Source of the DNA: an uncultured Candidatus Saccharibacteria bacterium
GTDB taxonomy: Bacteria; Patescibacteriota; Minisyncoccia; Phycocordibacterales; EsbW-18
Reading direction: 5' to 3'
Assembly (NCBI GenBank): GCA_964520295.1
Contig: CAZFMQ010000003.1
Location: forward strand, 1,060 to 65,059
DNA length: 64,000 nt
Part shown: positions 39,106 through 48,189 of the stretch, in pieces
Layout: each line of letters begins with the position of its first letter
Position numbering within the stretch: position 1 is the stretch's first letter
Notes under the pieces: model-generated
What the model saw: the letters and a program-made list of their open reading frames with translations, nothing else
The model's database searches: none
What the model was told of the DNA's origin: nothing
Program-made: the position numbers and the translations under genes

Positions 39106-40200
39106 ATGAGTTTTGCCTCAAAAGTACTTTCAATTTTCCCTACACTGCCATACTTGCTACTTCCTGCTGCGGGCTTGGATATTTCTGACCAATCGGTGAA
39201 GTGTGTGGAGTTTACAAAATCGCGACAGCGCGGACGACGCGTGAAGCGTTTTGCGTCTATGGCTATTCCGCGTGGTGTGGTGGAGCAGGGGCGCGTGATT
39301 GATAAACAAAAACTGATTGCCATCTTGTCGGAGTTTGCGCGCGTCAATAAAATTCATTATGTGCGCGCATCATTGCCGGAGGAAGCAGGATACATTTTCC
39401 CTGCACACATACCTGAACACCTGACGCACGATGAAACGCGAGAAGCACTCAAGTTTAAAATAGAAGAGAATGTGCCCATCGCACTGTCAGATGCGATTAT
39501 CGATTACGAAGTTGTGCCGGACGTACCAACAGCGGGTGGTCAACGCATGGTGTCAGTATCTGTATATCCAAAAAAAGTTGCCGAGGAGTATGTAGAATTA
39601 CTTTCAGCTGCCGGGTTTGAAGTCTTGTCGCTTGAAATAGAGGCACAGGCCATTGCGCGCGCGGTTGTACCGAAAAAACTGAACGATGTGTCTATGGTCG
39701 TTGATCTGGGGCGCGCTCGATCAGGTATTGCTATTGTGCAGGGTCAAGCAGTGCGCTTTACAGCAACGGTCTCTGTTGGTGGCGATGAAGTCGATGATGT
39801 GTTGATGCGCTCACTCCCCGATGCGTCACACGATGACATTACACACATAAAAAATGAGCAAGGACTGTCGTATGAGGGGGAAGGGTCAGATGCGTTCAAG
39901 ACATTTGCACAGCGACTGAGCAAAGAAGTGGAGCGATACATGGTGTATTGGCAAACACACAAAGAAAAACGAAATACACCGAATGCGCAACAGGCGGTTG
40001 TGCGTATCATTGTGACGGGAGGTAATGCAAACATTGCAGGTCTTCCAGAATATCTTGAACGTACACTCCGCATTCCAGTATTGAAAGGCAACGCATGGGA
40101 AAATGCCTTTTCGCTCGATGCGTATATTCCTGATATAGCAGCACAAGAATCATTGGGATACACACCTGCTATTGGTTTGGCATTACACGAAGATGAATAG
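39106..40200 (+). CDS. pilM: Type IV pilus assembly protein PilM (actin-like)
   Basis: GLDISDQSVK, EAQAIARA, VDLGRARS, TGGNAN, AIGLAL. Confidence 0.88.
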   Translation: MSFASKVLSIFPTLPYLLLPAAGLDISDQSVKCVEFTKSRQRGRRVKRFASMAIPRGVVEQGRVIDKQKLIAILSEFARVNKIHYVRASLPEEAGYIFPAHIPEHLTHDETREALKFKIEENVPIALSDAIIDYEVVPDVPTAGGQRMVSVSVYPKKVAEEYVELLSAAGFEVLSLEIEAQAIARAVVPKKLNDVSMVVDLGRARSGIAIVQGQAVRFTATVSVGGDEVDDVLMRSLPDASHDDITHIKNEQGLSYEGEGSDAFKTFAQRLSKEVERYMVYWQTHKEKRNTPNAQQAVVRIIVTGGNANIAGLPEYLERTLRIPVLKGNAWENAFSLDAYIPDIAAQESLGYTPAIGLALHEDE

Positions 40201-40281
40201 TGCACATAGTGGTGCGCAGTACAGCAGTGCTCTTCACAGTGCGCGTTGTTCCCCTTATTTTTTCTGCGCTACAATAGGTGT

Positions 40282-40950
40282 GTGGTAAATCTGCTTCCTG
40301 TACAAACATATAAGCGCGTGAGGTGGGAGCGCCGTCGTCGTATTACGATTGTAGCGCTGGTGTTTATGTCATGCGCACTTGTGATGGCACTTTTGTTTGC
40401 ACTCCCGTCAATTATTGTGACGTGGTTCGGTGTAAAAGGATTCGATACGCAGTTGGAAACAACAAAAACGTTGGTGGATGTACAGCGCAAACAGGGACGT
40501 GGCGACATGCTCTCCGATTTGTCTGAGCGCGCTGCACTGTTAGAGCAAGCACTCTCAGTACGTACACCCACATCGGTTTTGGAAGACATTGTGCCGCGTA
40601 TTCCTGAGGGCGTACGTATTCGTCAGTTTACCTATACATTGTCAGGTGATGCGGTATCAGTGGCAGTGCTTGGTACTGCAGACACACGTGCATCACTCAT
40701 CGCGTTTGGTAACGCGTTGCGCCAGTCGCCACTTTTCTCGCGGGTAGACGTGCCTGTATCTAGTTTGGCAAAGAGCGAAGACATTGATTTTTCTTTGGCG
40801 CTCGCACTTGCAGCACCTGTGGATGTAACACTACCTCCAGCAACGGCACCTATTGAGGAGGCTACAACAACAGATACAGAAACAGCACCAGAAACAATTT
40901 CAGAAACAGATACACGCGAACCACAGCTATCTGATCCAAACGCTATATGA
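40282..40950 (+). CDS. PilN-like protein
   Basis: N-terminal VNLLP motif then a TM helix; follows pilM. Confidence 0.75.
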   Translation: MVNLLPVQTYKRVRWERRRRITIVALVFMSCALVMALLFALPSIIVTWFGVKGFDTQLETTKTLVDVQRKQGRGDMLSDLSERAALLEQALSVRTPTSVLEDIVPRIPEGVRIRQFTYTLSGDAVSVAVLGTADTRASLIAFGNALRQSPLFSRVDVPVSSLAKSEDIDFSLALALAAPVDVTLPPATAPIEEATTTDTETAPETISETDTREPQLSDPNAI

Positions 40951-41495
40951 GTGCAAAGAAAAAACTAACCATCAGGCATACTGTGCTGTACACCATGATC
41001 GCAATTGTGACAGTACTTGTGGGCGTCTATGTTTTTGTCATGGTGCGTACACAGCGCTCATACGATCACATCATGTTTGTACAAGAAGAATTACTCATAC
41101 AGACACAGCTGGAGCGTCGCGCGCGCGATACATCAGGCACCTTGGCGCAACTTTCAAATAGTCATACGTTTGCGCAACGGTATTTCAGGACACCCGATGA
41201 CGTTATCGCTGTTATTGAAGAGCTGGAGGGTTTTGGAACAGTGATCGGCGCGCCGGTCACAGTGGCACAAGTACAGATACAAAACGAAAACACTGAGACG
41301 CATGAAGGCACACTCATCGTGCATGTTGCGGCATCGGGTACATGGCGTGCAATGTCGCAGTTACTCTCACTGTTGGACACCTTGCCGTACCACGCAACAG
41401 TGATGCAAGCTGGTTTAGAAACGACGCGCGCCAACGACAATGGTGTGCCGATATGGTCTCTGCGCGCAACGCTCGCTATACTTTTGAAACAATAA
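40947..41495 (+). CDS. PilO-like protein
   Basis: TM helix, coiled coil, GTW..MSQLLSLLDTLPY; follows the pilN-like gene. Confidence 0.65.
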   Translation: MSAKKKLTIRHTVLYTMIAIVTVLVGVYVFVMVRTQRSYDHIMFVQEELLIQTQLERRARDTSGTLAQLSNSHTFAQRYFRTPDDVIAVIEELEGFGTVIGAPVTVAQVQIQNENTETHEGTLIVHVAASGTWRAMSQLLSLLDTLPYHATVMQAGLETTRANDNGVPIWSLRATLAILLKQ

Positions 41496-41496
41496 T

Positions 41497-41817
41497 ATGG
41501 CAGTACTTTCACTCAATCGTATACAGTCGTGGTTGAAACAAGTCTTTGTTGCAGAGACCAATGCGGGTGCGTGGTTACGCCTTTTGTTGTTGTTCGTGCT
41601 CGTGAGCGCCGGACTCATTACACTCTCGCTCTCACAGTTCTTTACCGTGCATGATGTGGGTAGTCGCGTCATAACATCTACACGTTCAGTGCCTGATGCA
41701 CAAACAGTAGACGAGGCGCACATTCAACAGGTGCTTGGTGCATTCACACAACGCACGGCAACATTCAATGAACACTTGCAAAATCCCATTGTCATCAGTG
41801 ATCCATACAGACGATAA
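41497..41817 (+). CDS. Small single-TM protein at the end of the pilMNO operon
   Basis: TM helix, C-terminal DP motif; 1 nt after the pilO-like gene. Confidence 0.6.
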   Translation: MAVLSLNRIQSWLKQVFVAETNAGAWLRLLLLFVLVSAGLITLSLSQFFTVHDVGSRVITSTRSVPDAQTVDEAHIQQVLGAFTQRTATFNEHLQNPIVISDPYRR

Positions 41818-41881
41818 CGGGTTGTGGAGAGGGAAGGAGACAGGTGCACTAAAATAAAAAGTGCGATATACTAGCTCCGTT

Positions 41882-41954
41882 GGGCGCTTAGCTCAGTTGG
41901 TAGAGCAACTCTTTTACACAGAGAAGGTCGGGGGTTCAAGTCCCTCAGCGCCCA
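41882..41954 (+). tRNA. tRNA-Val(UAC)
   Basis: gggcgct/agcgccc acceptor; anticodon loop ttTACac. Confidence 0.93.
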
Positions 41955-41969
41955 CAGAACATAGCCATT

Positions 41970-42041
41970 CCTCCTGTAGTTTAATGGATAAAACGAGGGG
42001 CTTCTATCCCCTTGATGGGGGTTCGATTCCCTCCGGGAGGA
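41970..42041 (+). tRNA. tRNA-Arg(UCU)
   Basis: cctcctg/cgggagg acceptor; agggg-ctTCTat-cccct. Confidence 0.9.
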
Positions 42042-42053
42042 CATTCTCTCTAT

Positions 42054-42779
42054 ATGCAACTCCCCATCCTCTACGAAGATAATGATGTGGTATTCATCAA
42101 TAAGCCGTCAGGTATTTTGGTGCATGCTGATGGAAAATCAAACGATCCAACAATTGTGGATTGGGTACTACAACACTATCCCGAGAGTGCTTCGGTGGGG
42201 GAACCACAACTCCTTTCCAATGGCATGAGTGTTGAGCGCCCTGGCATTGTGCATCGTTTGGATGCCGACACGTCGGGTGTTTTGGTAATTGCAAAAAACG
42301 AAGACGCATTCGTGCACCTCAAAGCACTCTTTCAAGAACGACAGGTGCAAAAAACATATCGCGCATTTGTGTACGGTGTGGTGAAAAAAGAATACGACGT
42401 CATTAATCGTCCAATTGGCAAAAGCCGAACCGATCCGCGTTTGTGGTCGGCACAGCGCGGTGCCCGCGGTGCAATGCGCGATGCTATCACTGAATACAAA
42501 GTGTTGGCACGCGGTGATGCGCACTCCTATATTGAATTACATCCAAAGACGGGGCGTACGCACCAAATTCGCGTGCACCTCAAAGCAATCAATCACCCTG
42601 TGGTGTGCGATGGACTCTATGCACCAAAACAGCACCCTGCGCTCGGCTTTTCTCGCCTCGCACTGCATGCCTGCAAACTCGCGCTAATGTTGCCGTCGGG
42701 GGAGCGTGTGGTCGTGGAGGCGCCGTTGCCGCACGATTTCGTGGATGCGGAACGCCTTTTGGCACAGCACGAGGTCTAG
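42054..42779 (+). CDS. RluA/RluD family pseudouridine synthase (no S4 domain)
   Basis: NKPSGILVH, HRLD..TSG, TGRTHQIRVH, LHA. Confidence 0.93.
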   Translation: MQLPILYEDNDVVFINKPSGILVHADGKSNDPTIVDWVLQHYPESASVGEPQLLSNGMSVERPGIVHRLDADTSGVLVIAKNEDAFVHLKALFQERQVQKTYRAFVYGVVKKEYDVINRPIGKSRTDPRLWSAQRGARGAMRDAITEYKVLARGDAHSYIELHPKTGRTHQIRVHLKAINHPVVCDGLYAPKQHPALGFSRLALHACKLALMLPSGERVVVEAPLPHDFVDAERLLAQHEV

Positions 42780-42836
42780 CGTGGGTAATCTTGCCGTTTT
42801 TCTCGCCACGTGCTAAAGTACGATGCCTATAAAGCT

Positions 42837-43295
42837 ATGGTTCACACAGCAGTAAAAATTTCACCGGTAGACATGCAGGAGCGCAAAGAACTTCCAATGC
42901 GCGCCGGTGATACCGTTCGTGTATGGGTAAAGGTGGAAGAGCGCGGCAAAACCCGCCTTCAAGCATTTGAAGGTATTGTGATTGGCCGCAAGGGCGGTTC
43001 AACTGCAGGTGCAACCTTTACTGTTCGCCGTGTTGCAGACGGATACGGTGTTGAAAAGATTTTCCCATTGTACGCACCATCCATTGATAAGATTGAGGTG
43101 CTCCGTCGTGTAAAGACCCGTCGCTCAAAGCTGTACCACATTCGCGAGAAAGCAGCGCGCGAAATTCGCCGCCAGATGCGCCGCATGCAGTTCGTCAACA
43201 TCTCAACAGGCAACAAGAAAGAAGAAGTGCCCGCAGAAGCACCGGTTGCCGAAGTTGCAGATACTCCAGAAGCAACAACCGAATCAGCAGAGTAA
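42837..43295 (+). CDS. rplS: 50S ribosomal protein L19
   Basis: [34 protein letters not shown]. Confidence 0.96.
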   Translation: MVHTAVKISPVDMQERKELPMRAGDTVRVWVKVEERGKTRLQAFEGIVIGRKGGSTAGATFTVRRVADGYGVEKIFPLYAPSIDKIEVLRRVKTRRSKLYHIREKAAREIRRQMRRMQFVNISTGNKKEEVPAEAPVAEVADTPEATTESAE

Positions 43296-43299
43296 ACAT

Positions 43300-43331
43300 A
43301 AAACCCCGTTCCGGTATCGGAACGGGGTTTT
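43300..43331. terminator. Intrinsic terminator after rplS
   Basis: aaaaccccgttccg-gtat-cggaacggggtttt. Confidence 0.85.
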
Positions 43332-43333
43332 GA

Positions 43334-43527
43334 TTTGTTGTGCGCAGGAGAGGAATTTTTCCTTCACCTCTCCGACGTGCCGTCGCACGTCGTCGGGTTA
43401 GGCACCGACTCCCTAGCTGTCACCGGTGTGACAGCTTTCGGTCCGTCGTTCAAATCCTCTCTTGCGTACAAACAAAATCACCGAATGCTCCGCATCCGGT
43501 TCTTTGTTTGTTGTGCGCAGGAGAGGA
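43334..43527. repeat. tRNA-Leu-linked element with direct and inverted copies of the tRNA 3' end
   Basis: 21-bp direct repeat at 43334-43354 and 43507-43527; inverted copy at 43448-43476. Confidence 0.8.
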
Positions 43528-43597
43528 TTTGAACCTCCATGCCCTTGCGGGCGCTACCACCTCAAGGTAGTGCGTCTACCAATTTCGCCACCTGCGC
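43514..43597 (-). tRNA. tRNA-Leu(GAG)
   Basis: Reverse complement gcgcagg...ctacc-ttGAGgt-ggtag, long variable arm, ggttcaaatcc. Confidence 0.93.
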
Positions 43598-43664
43598 GTG
43601 CGGGCAGTATAAACCAAACTACGCATTCAGAAAAGCGCCACAGACTTTGCTATAGTTGATAGGT

Positions 43665-44747
43665 ATGCGCGCACTTATCACTCGCACAAAGACATTCATT
43701 GAACAGCACGAACGAATACTATCGGCGGGCGCGCTGCTATCAGGATTTATTGTTGATTCACTCACACTGCGTCGCATTGATTTGCTCGCAGAAAACATCG
43801 CCATCACCAGTTATCTGTTGGTGGCGATGTTTTGTATCGTGGTGCTCGCATTGCGTGAACGCACAAAAGAGCACGGACGCGTACTGTCATGGGTACTGAC
43901 GGTTGCACCGCTGGTGTTGCAGATTGCATTTGGTGCGCTCTTCTCAGCATTTGTTATTTTCTATTCGCGCAGTGCATCACTTTCAGCAAGCTGGCCATTC
44001 ATGCTGTTTCTGTTGTTTATGCTTATTGGTAACGAGGCATTTCGTCCTCGTTATGAAAAATTAGTATTTCACGTCGGTGTTTGGTTCGTGGCACTGTTGT
44101 CATACTCCATCATGCTCGTGCCAACCGTACTTGGTTCAATCGGCACACCACAGTTTCTCTTGAGCATTGCACTGTCGCTCGCACTCGTTGCACTCTTTTT
44201 ACAACTACTGCAGCGCATTGCGCCACGCGAGGTGCACAATGCACGCGGCGCGCTCATCAGAACCATCGGCGGTATTGCGGCGCTCTGTTTCGGCGCATAC
44301 ATTACAGGGCTTATGCCACCTGCACCACTCGCACTCTCTGATTCGGTTATTGCACATTCCGTTACAAAAATTGAAGATGATTACACGCTTGCAGTGGAAC
44401 ATCGTTCATTCAGAGATGTGGTCTCATTTTCACGAACATTTCATCGTGCGCAAAATGAGCCGGTGTATGTGTGGACATCAGTATTTGCACCAACCAAACT
44501 TTCAACTTCTATTGTGCATGTGTGGCAACGCCAAGAGGGTAGTCGTTGGGTAGATGCAGGGCGCATTGCGTTTCCTATCACGGGTGGTCGTGGCGGTGGC
44601 TATCGTGGCTATTCAGTGAAAAATGCTATCGCACCCGGTGCGTGGCGCGTATCGGTGGAGACGAGTAACGGATTAGTTATTGGTCGCGTGCGTTTCAATG
44701 TCGCGGCGTCTGATCGTGTGCCAGAATTATTTGCCGTTGAGCGATAA
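43665..44747 (+). CDS. Polytopic membrane protein with a C-terminal DUF2914-like beta domain
   Basis: About 8 TM helices; VFAP..L...IVHVW, GGRGGGYRGYS, GAWRV.VET. Confidence 0.75.
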   Translation: MRALITRTKTFIEQHERILSAGALLSGFIVDSLTLRRIDLLAENIAITSYLLVAMFCIVVLALRERTKEHGRVLSWVLTVAPLVLQIAFGALFSAFVIFYSRSASLSASWPFMLFLLFMLIGNEAFRPRYEKLVFHVGVWFVALLSYSIMLVPTVLGSIGTPQFLLSIALSLALVALFLQLLQRIAPREVHNARGALIRTIGGIAALCFGAYITGLMPPAPLALSDSVIAHSVTKIEDDYTLAVEHRSFRDVVSFSRTFHRAQNEPVYVWTSVFAPTKLSTSIVHVWQRQEGSRWVDAGRIAFPITGGRGGGYRGYSVKNAIAPGAWRVSVETSNGLVIGRVRFNVAASDRVPELFAVER

Positions 44748-44789
44748 GTGGCTTCGTGCAGGGTTTTTTGCTAGAGTGTGTGCGTTTAT

Positions 44790-44865
44790 GGTGCCTATGG
44801 TGTAACGGTCAACACTGGAGCTTGTGGAGCTCTCAATCTGGGTTCGATTCCCAGTAGGCACCCCA
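44790..44865 (+). tRNA. tRNA-His(GUG) with G-1 and encoded CCA
   Basis: g-gtgccta/taggcac-c-cca; anticodon loop ttGTGga. Confidence 0.93.
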
Positions 44866-44909
44866 ATTAGAGATAGGTTCTGGCGCTCGAAAAGGGTCGT
44901 TTCGATTGT

Positions 44910-45449
44910 ATGTCTGTAAACTTAAACATAAACAAATACTCTCTTATACCCTACGATCCAAGGTGGCCTCAGAGGTTTGATGAGCTTCGAGCTATGCTCA
45001 AAGATGTGTTTGAAGCCAAGGCGCTTCATATTGAACACGTCGGTAGCACGGCGATTCCTGGAATGATGGCAAAACCGATCATTGATGTTCTAGTGGAAGT
45101 GGAAACAGTAAAAAATCTTTCTCAAGAAATTGAAAAGATGGTGAACAAGGGGTACGAATGGAAAGAAAATTACATTGCTCCCGACACGCTCCTTTTCTTC
45201 AAGGTGGACGCAGACGGCGAGAAAACGGAGAATATTCATATCTGCGTGCATGACTCTCCAAAAGCAAAACAGTTCGTGGTCATGCGTGACTTTTTCAGGG
45301 CGTTTCCTGATAAAGCAAGTGCGTATATTGAATTGAAAAAGATAAATGCGAAGAAATATCCCGGTGACTATCCTGCGTATCGTGCAGCCAAGCAATCATT
45401 CTTGGCACAAATGGAAAAGGAAGCGTACGGGTGGGGGGATAGCAAATAA
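44910..45449 (+). CDS. GrpB/UPF0157 family protein (nucleotidyltransferase fold)
   Basis: YDPRWP..F, IEHVGSTAIPG..AKPIIDV, Y..LK, Y...K..F. Confidence 0.9.
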   Translation: MSVNLNINKYSLIPYDPRWPQRFDELRAMLKDVFEAKALHIEHVGSTAIPGMMAKPIIDVLVEVETVKNLSQEIEKMVNKGYEWKENYIAPDTLLFFKVDADGEKTENIHICVHDSPKAKQFVVMRDFFRAFPDKASAYIELKKINAKKYPGDYPAYRAAKQSFLAQMEKEAYGWGDSK

Positions 45450-45503
45450 GACGAAAGCCCCGAACACCATTACTGGGTCGGGGCTGGAATCAGGCGATGC
45501 TCG

Positions 45504-45833
45504 TTACCATGTGATGCCGTGGTTGAGCAATCTCTTGGTGATCGCGTACGCGAGACAGAGCGAGACGAGATCGCGCAGGAACTCCTCGCAGTCACCGGAG
45601 AAGGTGACTTGGTTCGAGAGTTCCTCCTTGCTTGCGAGCACGTCGCCGATCTCGAAGGCGCACATGATCTTGCCGAGCGTCTCGGGGCGCATGGCCCGGA
45701 TGTCTCCGGCGCAGAGGTCGATCTTCACGTGCTTGCGGAACGCGGCTTCGCTCTCCATCTGGTGCGCGATGTCCAGGTAGCGGTTCTTCCTGATGAGGCT
45801 CATCACGAGATTGTGAATGTACAGATCGCTCAT
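45504..45833 (-). CDS. Orphan hypothetical protein (GC-rich codons, SD-led)
   Basis: AGGAG 6 nt before ATG 45833, consensus promoter upstream, hairpin terminator at about 45455-45486. Confidence 0.65.
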   Translation of the reverse strand: MSDLYIHNLVMSLIRKNRYLDIAHQMESEAAFRKHVKIDLCAGDIRAMRPETLGKIMCAFEIGDVLASKEELSNQVTFSGDCEEFLRDLVSLCLAYAITKRLLNHGITW

Positions 45834-45968
45834 TTTTATCTCCTTTCGTGGAGATTCCTCGCTCCCAGTAATCTGGACCACTCTCGCCGAAAGGTTCGAC
45901 GGGCATGTGGTGGGCGACAGAGCGGTCGCCCGGGCGATCCGATAAAACTAGGTTTTATCGATGGTTGC

Positions 45969-45997
45969 ATTATATATATGTAATCTTGATATGTCAA
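45969..45997 (-). promoter_or_regulatory. Perfect consensus sigma70 promoter
   Basis: Minus strand TTGACA-17 bp-TATAAT. Confidence 0.85.
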
Positions 45998-46275
45998 ATA
46001 TAAAGTGACACACCAATCCTCATTCCCGTGTCACCCCTGTCACTTTACGATGTGCACGAGAAGCATCGTTCGGATAGTGTAGAATGAGCTGAACCACCAA
46101 GCCTTGTATGACACCTACTAGTTCTAGCTCGAGATAGCACCCACGATACAAAAACAATCTATCCGTGTGATGGGTTGTTTTTAGTTTTTTGATTTTTCCT
46201 ATTCCCCAACACCTAGTCCCCGTTCCCTAGAGACTTTGCTATACTAAAAGCACATTAGTATTTTAATTTGTACCT

Positions 46276-47193
46276 ATGCACTACAAGCATTTCTCATATA
46301 TTGCACTTGTTGCAATACTCGCAACATCTCTCTTTATCGGCACTACCGCACGCGCAGAGGTGAGCTGTATTTTTGAACGCGATCTCGCACTCGGTGATCA
46401 AGGCGAAGATGTACGTTGTTTGCAAAAATATCTCAACAGCGCTGGCTTTACCGTAGCAGCAAGTGGCCCAGGTGCACCTGGTGGCGAGACCAGTTTGTAT
46501 CGCGAGAAAACAATGGAGGCAGTACAACAGTGGCAGCAAGCAAAGGGTGTAATGCCATCAACGGGCACATGGGGTCCGCTCTCGCGCCTCACATACACCA
46601 AAGCACTTGCAAGTGCATTGAATGCGCAAAAGCCAGTGGTGGTTACACCAACAGTTGCAAGCATCACCGCAGTACCTTCTGTATCGGATGCAGAAAAACG
46701 TGCGCGCGCAGCACTGCTCGCAGCAGTCAGTGCGCTTGAAGATGCACAAGATGAGTACGATGAAGCAGAAGATGATGATGAAGAAACAGGCGATGCAGAC
46801 GAATACATTGAGGATGCACGTAATGACCTCTTTGATGCCATTCGCGCATTCTTGAAGGGTGACTTTGATGAGGCAGATGATTACGCAAGCAGCGCACGCG
46901 ATGCTGCCGACGATGCATCTGATGAAATAGAGGGTGAGTCGCGCAATGATGAAGACCGTGCTGAAGAAGAATTGGATGAAGTAGAAGAAGAACTGGATGA
47001 AGCATGGGATGAAGTAGCAGACGCAGAAGATGATGATGATGAAGATGTTGATGAGGCAGAAGATTTGCTTGATGAGGCAGAAGATCTTTTGGAAGATGCA
47101 GAAGATGCATTTGATGACGAAGATTGGGACGACGTACTTGATTTGGTAGATGAAATTCGTGACCTTATTGATGAAGCACTCGATTCGCTCTAA
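46276..47193 (+). CDS. Exported peptidoglycan-binding protein with an extremely acidic helical C-terminus
   Basis: Signal peptide; FERDLALGDQGEDVRCLQKYLN..TGTWGPLS; Asp/Glu-dominated repeats (EAEDLLDEAED). Confidence 0.75.
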   Translation: MHYKHFSYIALVAILATSLFIGTTARAEVSCIFERDLALGDQGEDVRCLQKYLNSAGFTVAASGPGAPGGETSLYREKTMEAVQQWQQAKGVMPSTGTWGPLSRLTYTKALASALNAQKPVVVTPTVASITAVPSVSDAEKRARAALLAAVSALEDAQDEYDEAEDDDEETGDADEYIEDARNDLFDAIRAFLKGDFDEADDYASSARDAADDASDEIEGESRNDEDRAEEELDEVEEELDEAWDEVADAEDDDDEDVDEAEDLLDEAEDLLEDAEDAFDDEDWDDVLDLVDEIRDLIDEALDSL

Positions 47194-47219
47194 GTTCGCA
47201 CTGCATAATCGCACCGCAC

Positions 47220-47759
47220 ATGCCGCACACTGAATCAGACGAGATTTACATCCGCTTAGAACATTATGACGACATCTTTTCTGATTTTGATATGCGACCG
47301 TACTCCAAACGTTCGCTCTCGGTGGATTTTTTGGAGGAGATAAAGCGCGCAGCAAATGACAAACACACGGGCGCGATTGATTTAGTGTTGTACGTACCTG
47401 AAGGGCAGCGCAATGATACACACGACGAAACTATTAAAGAGCGACTTTCGGTGCACTTCAAGCGACATTTAGAATTACTTAAGAAAGAACGCCGCAGTGT
47501 GTTGATGCTCGGTATTGGTATGGTGCTCGGGGGAGTACTTGCAATGATTGGTGCAACACTCATTGCGTTTCGCGGCCACGATGACAGCGTCACGTTATCG
47601 TTTCTATTGGTGTTTTTGGAACCAGCAGCGTGGTTCTTGTTATGGGAGGGTATGGATCAAATTGTGTTTAATGCAAAGAGTGTGATGCCTGAGCTTGAGT
47701 TCTACCACAAAATGACACACATGCGCGGACATATACATTTCAGGGAATATAAAATCTAA
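47220..47759 (+). CDS. Conserved-looking two-TM hypothetical protein
   Basis: YDDIFSDFD.RP..R.LS.DF, WFLLWEG. Confidence 0.7.
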   Translation: MPHTESDEIYIRLEHYDDIFSDFDMRPYSKRSLSVDFLEEIKRAANDKHTGAIDLVLYVPEGQRNDTHDETIKERLSVHFKRHLELLKKERRSVLMLGIGMVLGGVLAMIGATLIAFRGHDDSVTLSFLLVFLEPAAWFLLWEGMDQIVFNAKSVMPELEFYHKMTHMRGHIHFREYKI

Positions 47760-47919
47760 CGTGCACAACACGTAGTGTGCGACGGGGAACGGAAGGCGGG
47801 GAAGAAGAAAACAGAGTGCCTCCATCTGAGCAACTAAGCCACCCAGTCCCTGCCTTGTTCCGCATTTCTGTTCCCTAATAACTGTTCCCCGTTCCATGTC
47901 CTGTTATCCCCACCTTTAT

Positions 47920-47949
47920 TTGACAGGTGAACGAGCGTTCACCTATACT
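47920..47949 (+). promoter_or_regulatory. Promoter with an embedded LexA (GAAC-N4-GTTC) operator
   Basis: TTGACA(47920)..TATACT(47944), with the spacer filled by palindrome aggtGAACgagcGTTCacct; upstream of a small ORF and lexA. Confidence 0.8.
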
Positions 47950-47983
47950 CAGGTTATTACACAAGGGGTAGTCGCACAATACT

Positions 47984-48178
47984 ATGAATCGCAAACAAGT
48001 AGCAGATCGTATCGAGCAGGAGCTCGAAACCCTCAACTGGGTTATTGATGAAAAAATCATTCACGGCATCTCATACCGCAGTGAATCAAAGCGCCACAAG
48101 GAGCTTCTGCGATGGGCGCGTCGCTTACGCCGCCCCTCATTCTTACGTCGTTTCTCTTCTGCGCTCGCACTCTTTTAA
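47984..48178 (+). CDS. Small basic protein, first gene of the lexA operon
   Basis: 64 aa, directly behind the operator-containing promoter and 11 nt before lexA. Confidence 0.6.
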   Translation: MNRKQVADRIEQELETLNWVIDEKIIHGISYRSESKRHKELLRWARRLRRPSFLRRFSSALALF

Positions 48179-48189
48179 TACGCACAAAC

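Noticed and set aside
45519-45983. Plus-strand 154-aa ORF, and the antisense ORF at 37006-37458
   Set aside because: They are antisense shadows of GC-rich genes; the opposite strand has the promoter, SD and terminator.
46740-47190. Periodic gatgaggcagaagat repeats as a CRISPR array or tandem repeat locus
   Set aside because: They are in-frame codons of an Asp/Glu-rich protein, with no constant repeat-spacer structure and no cas genes.
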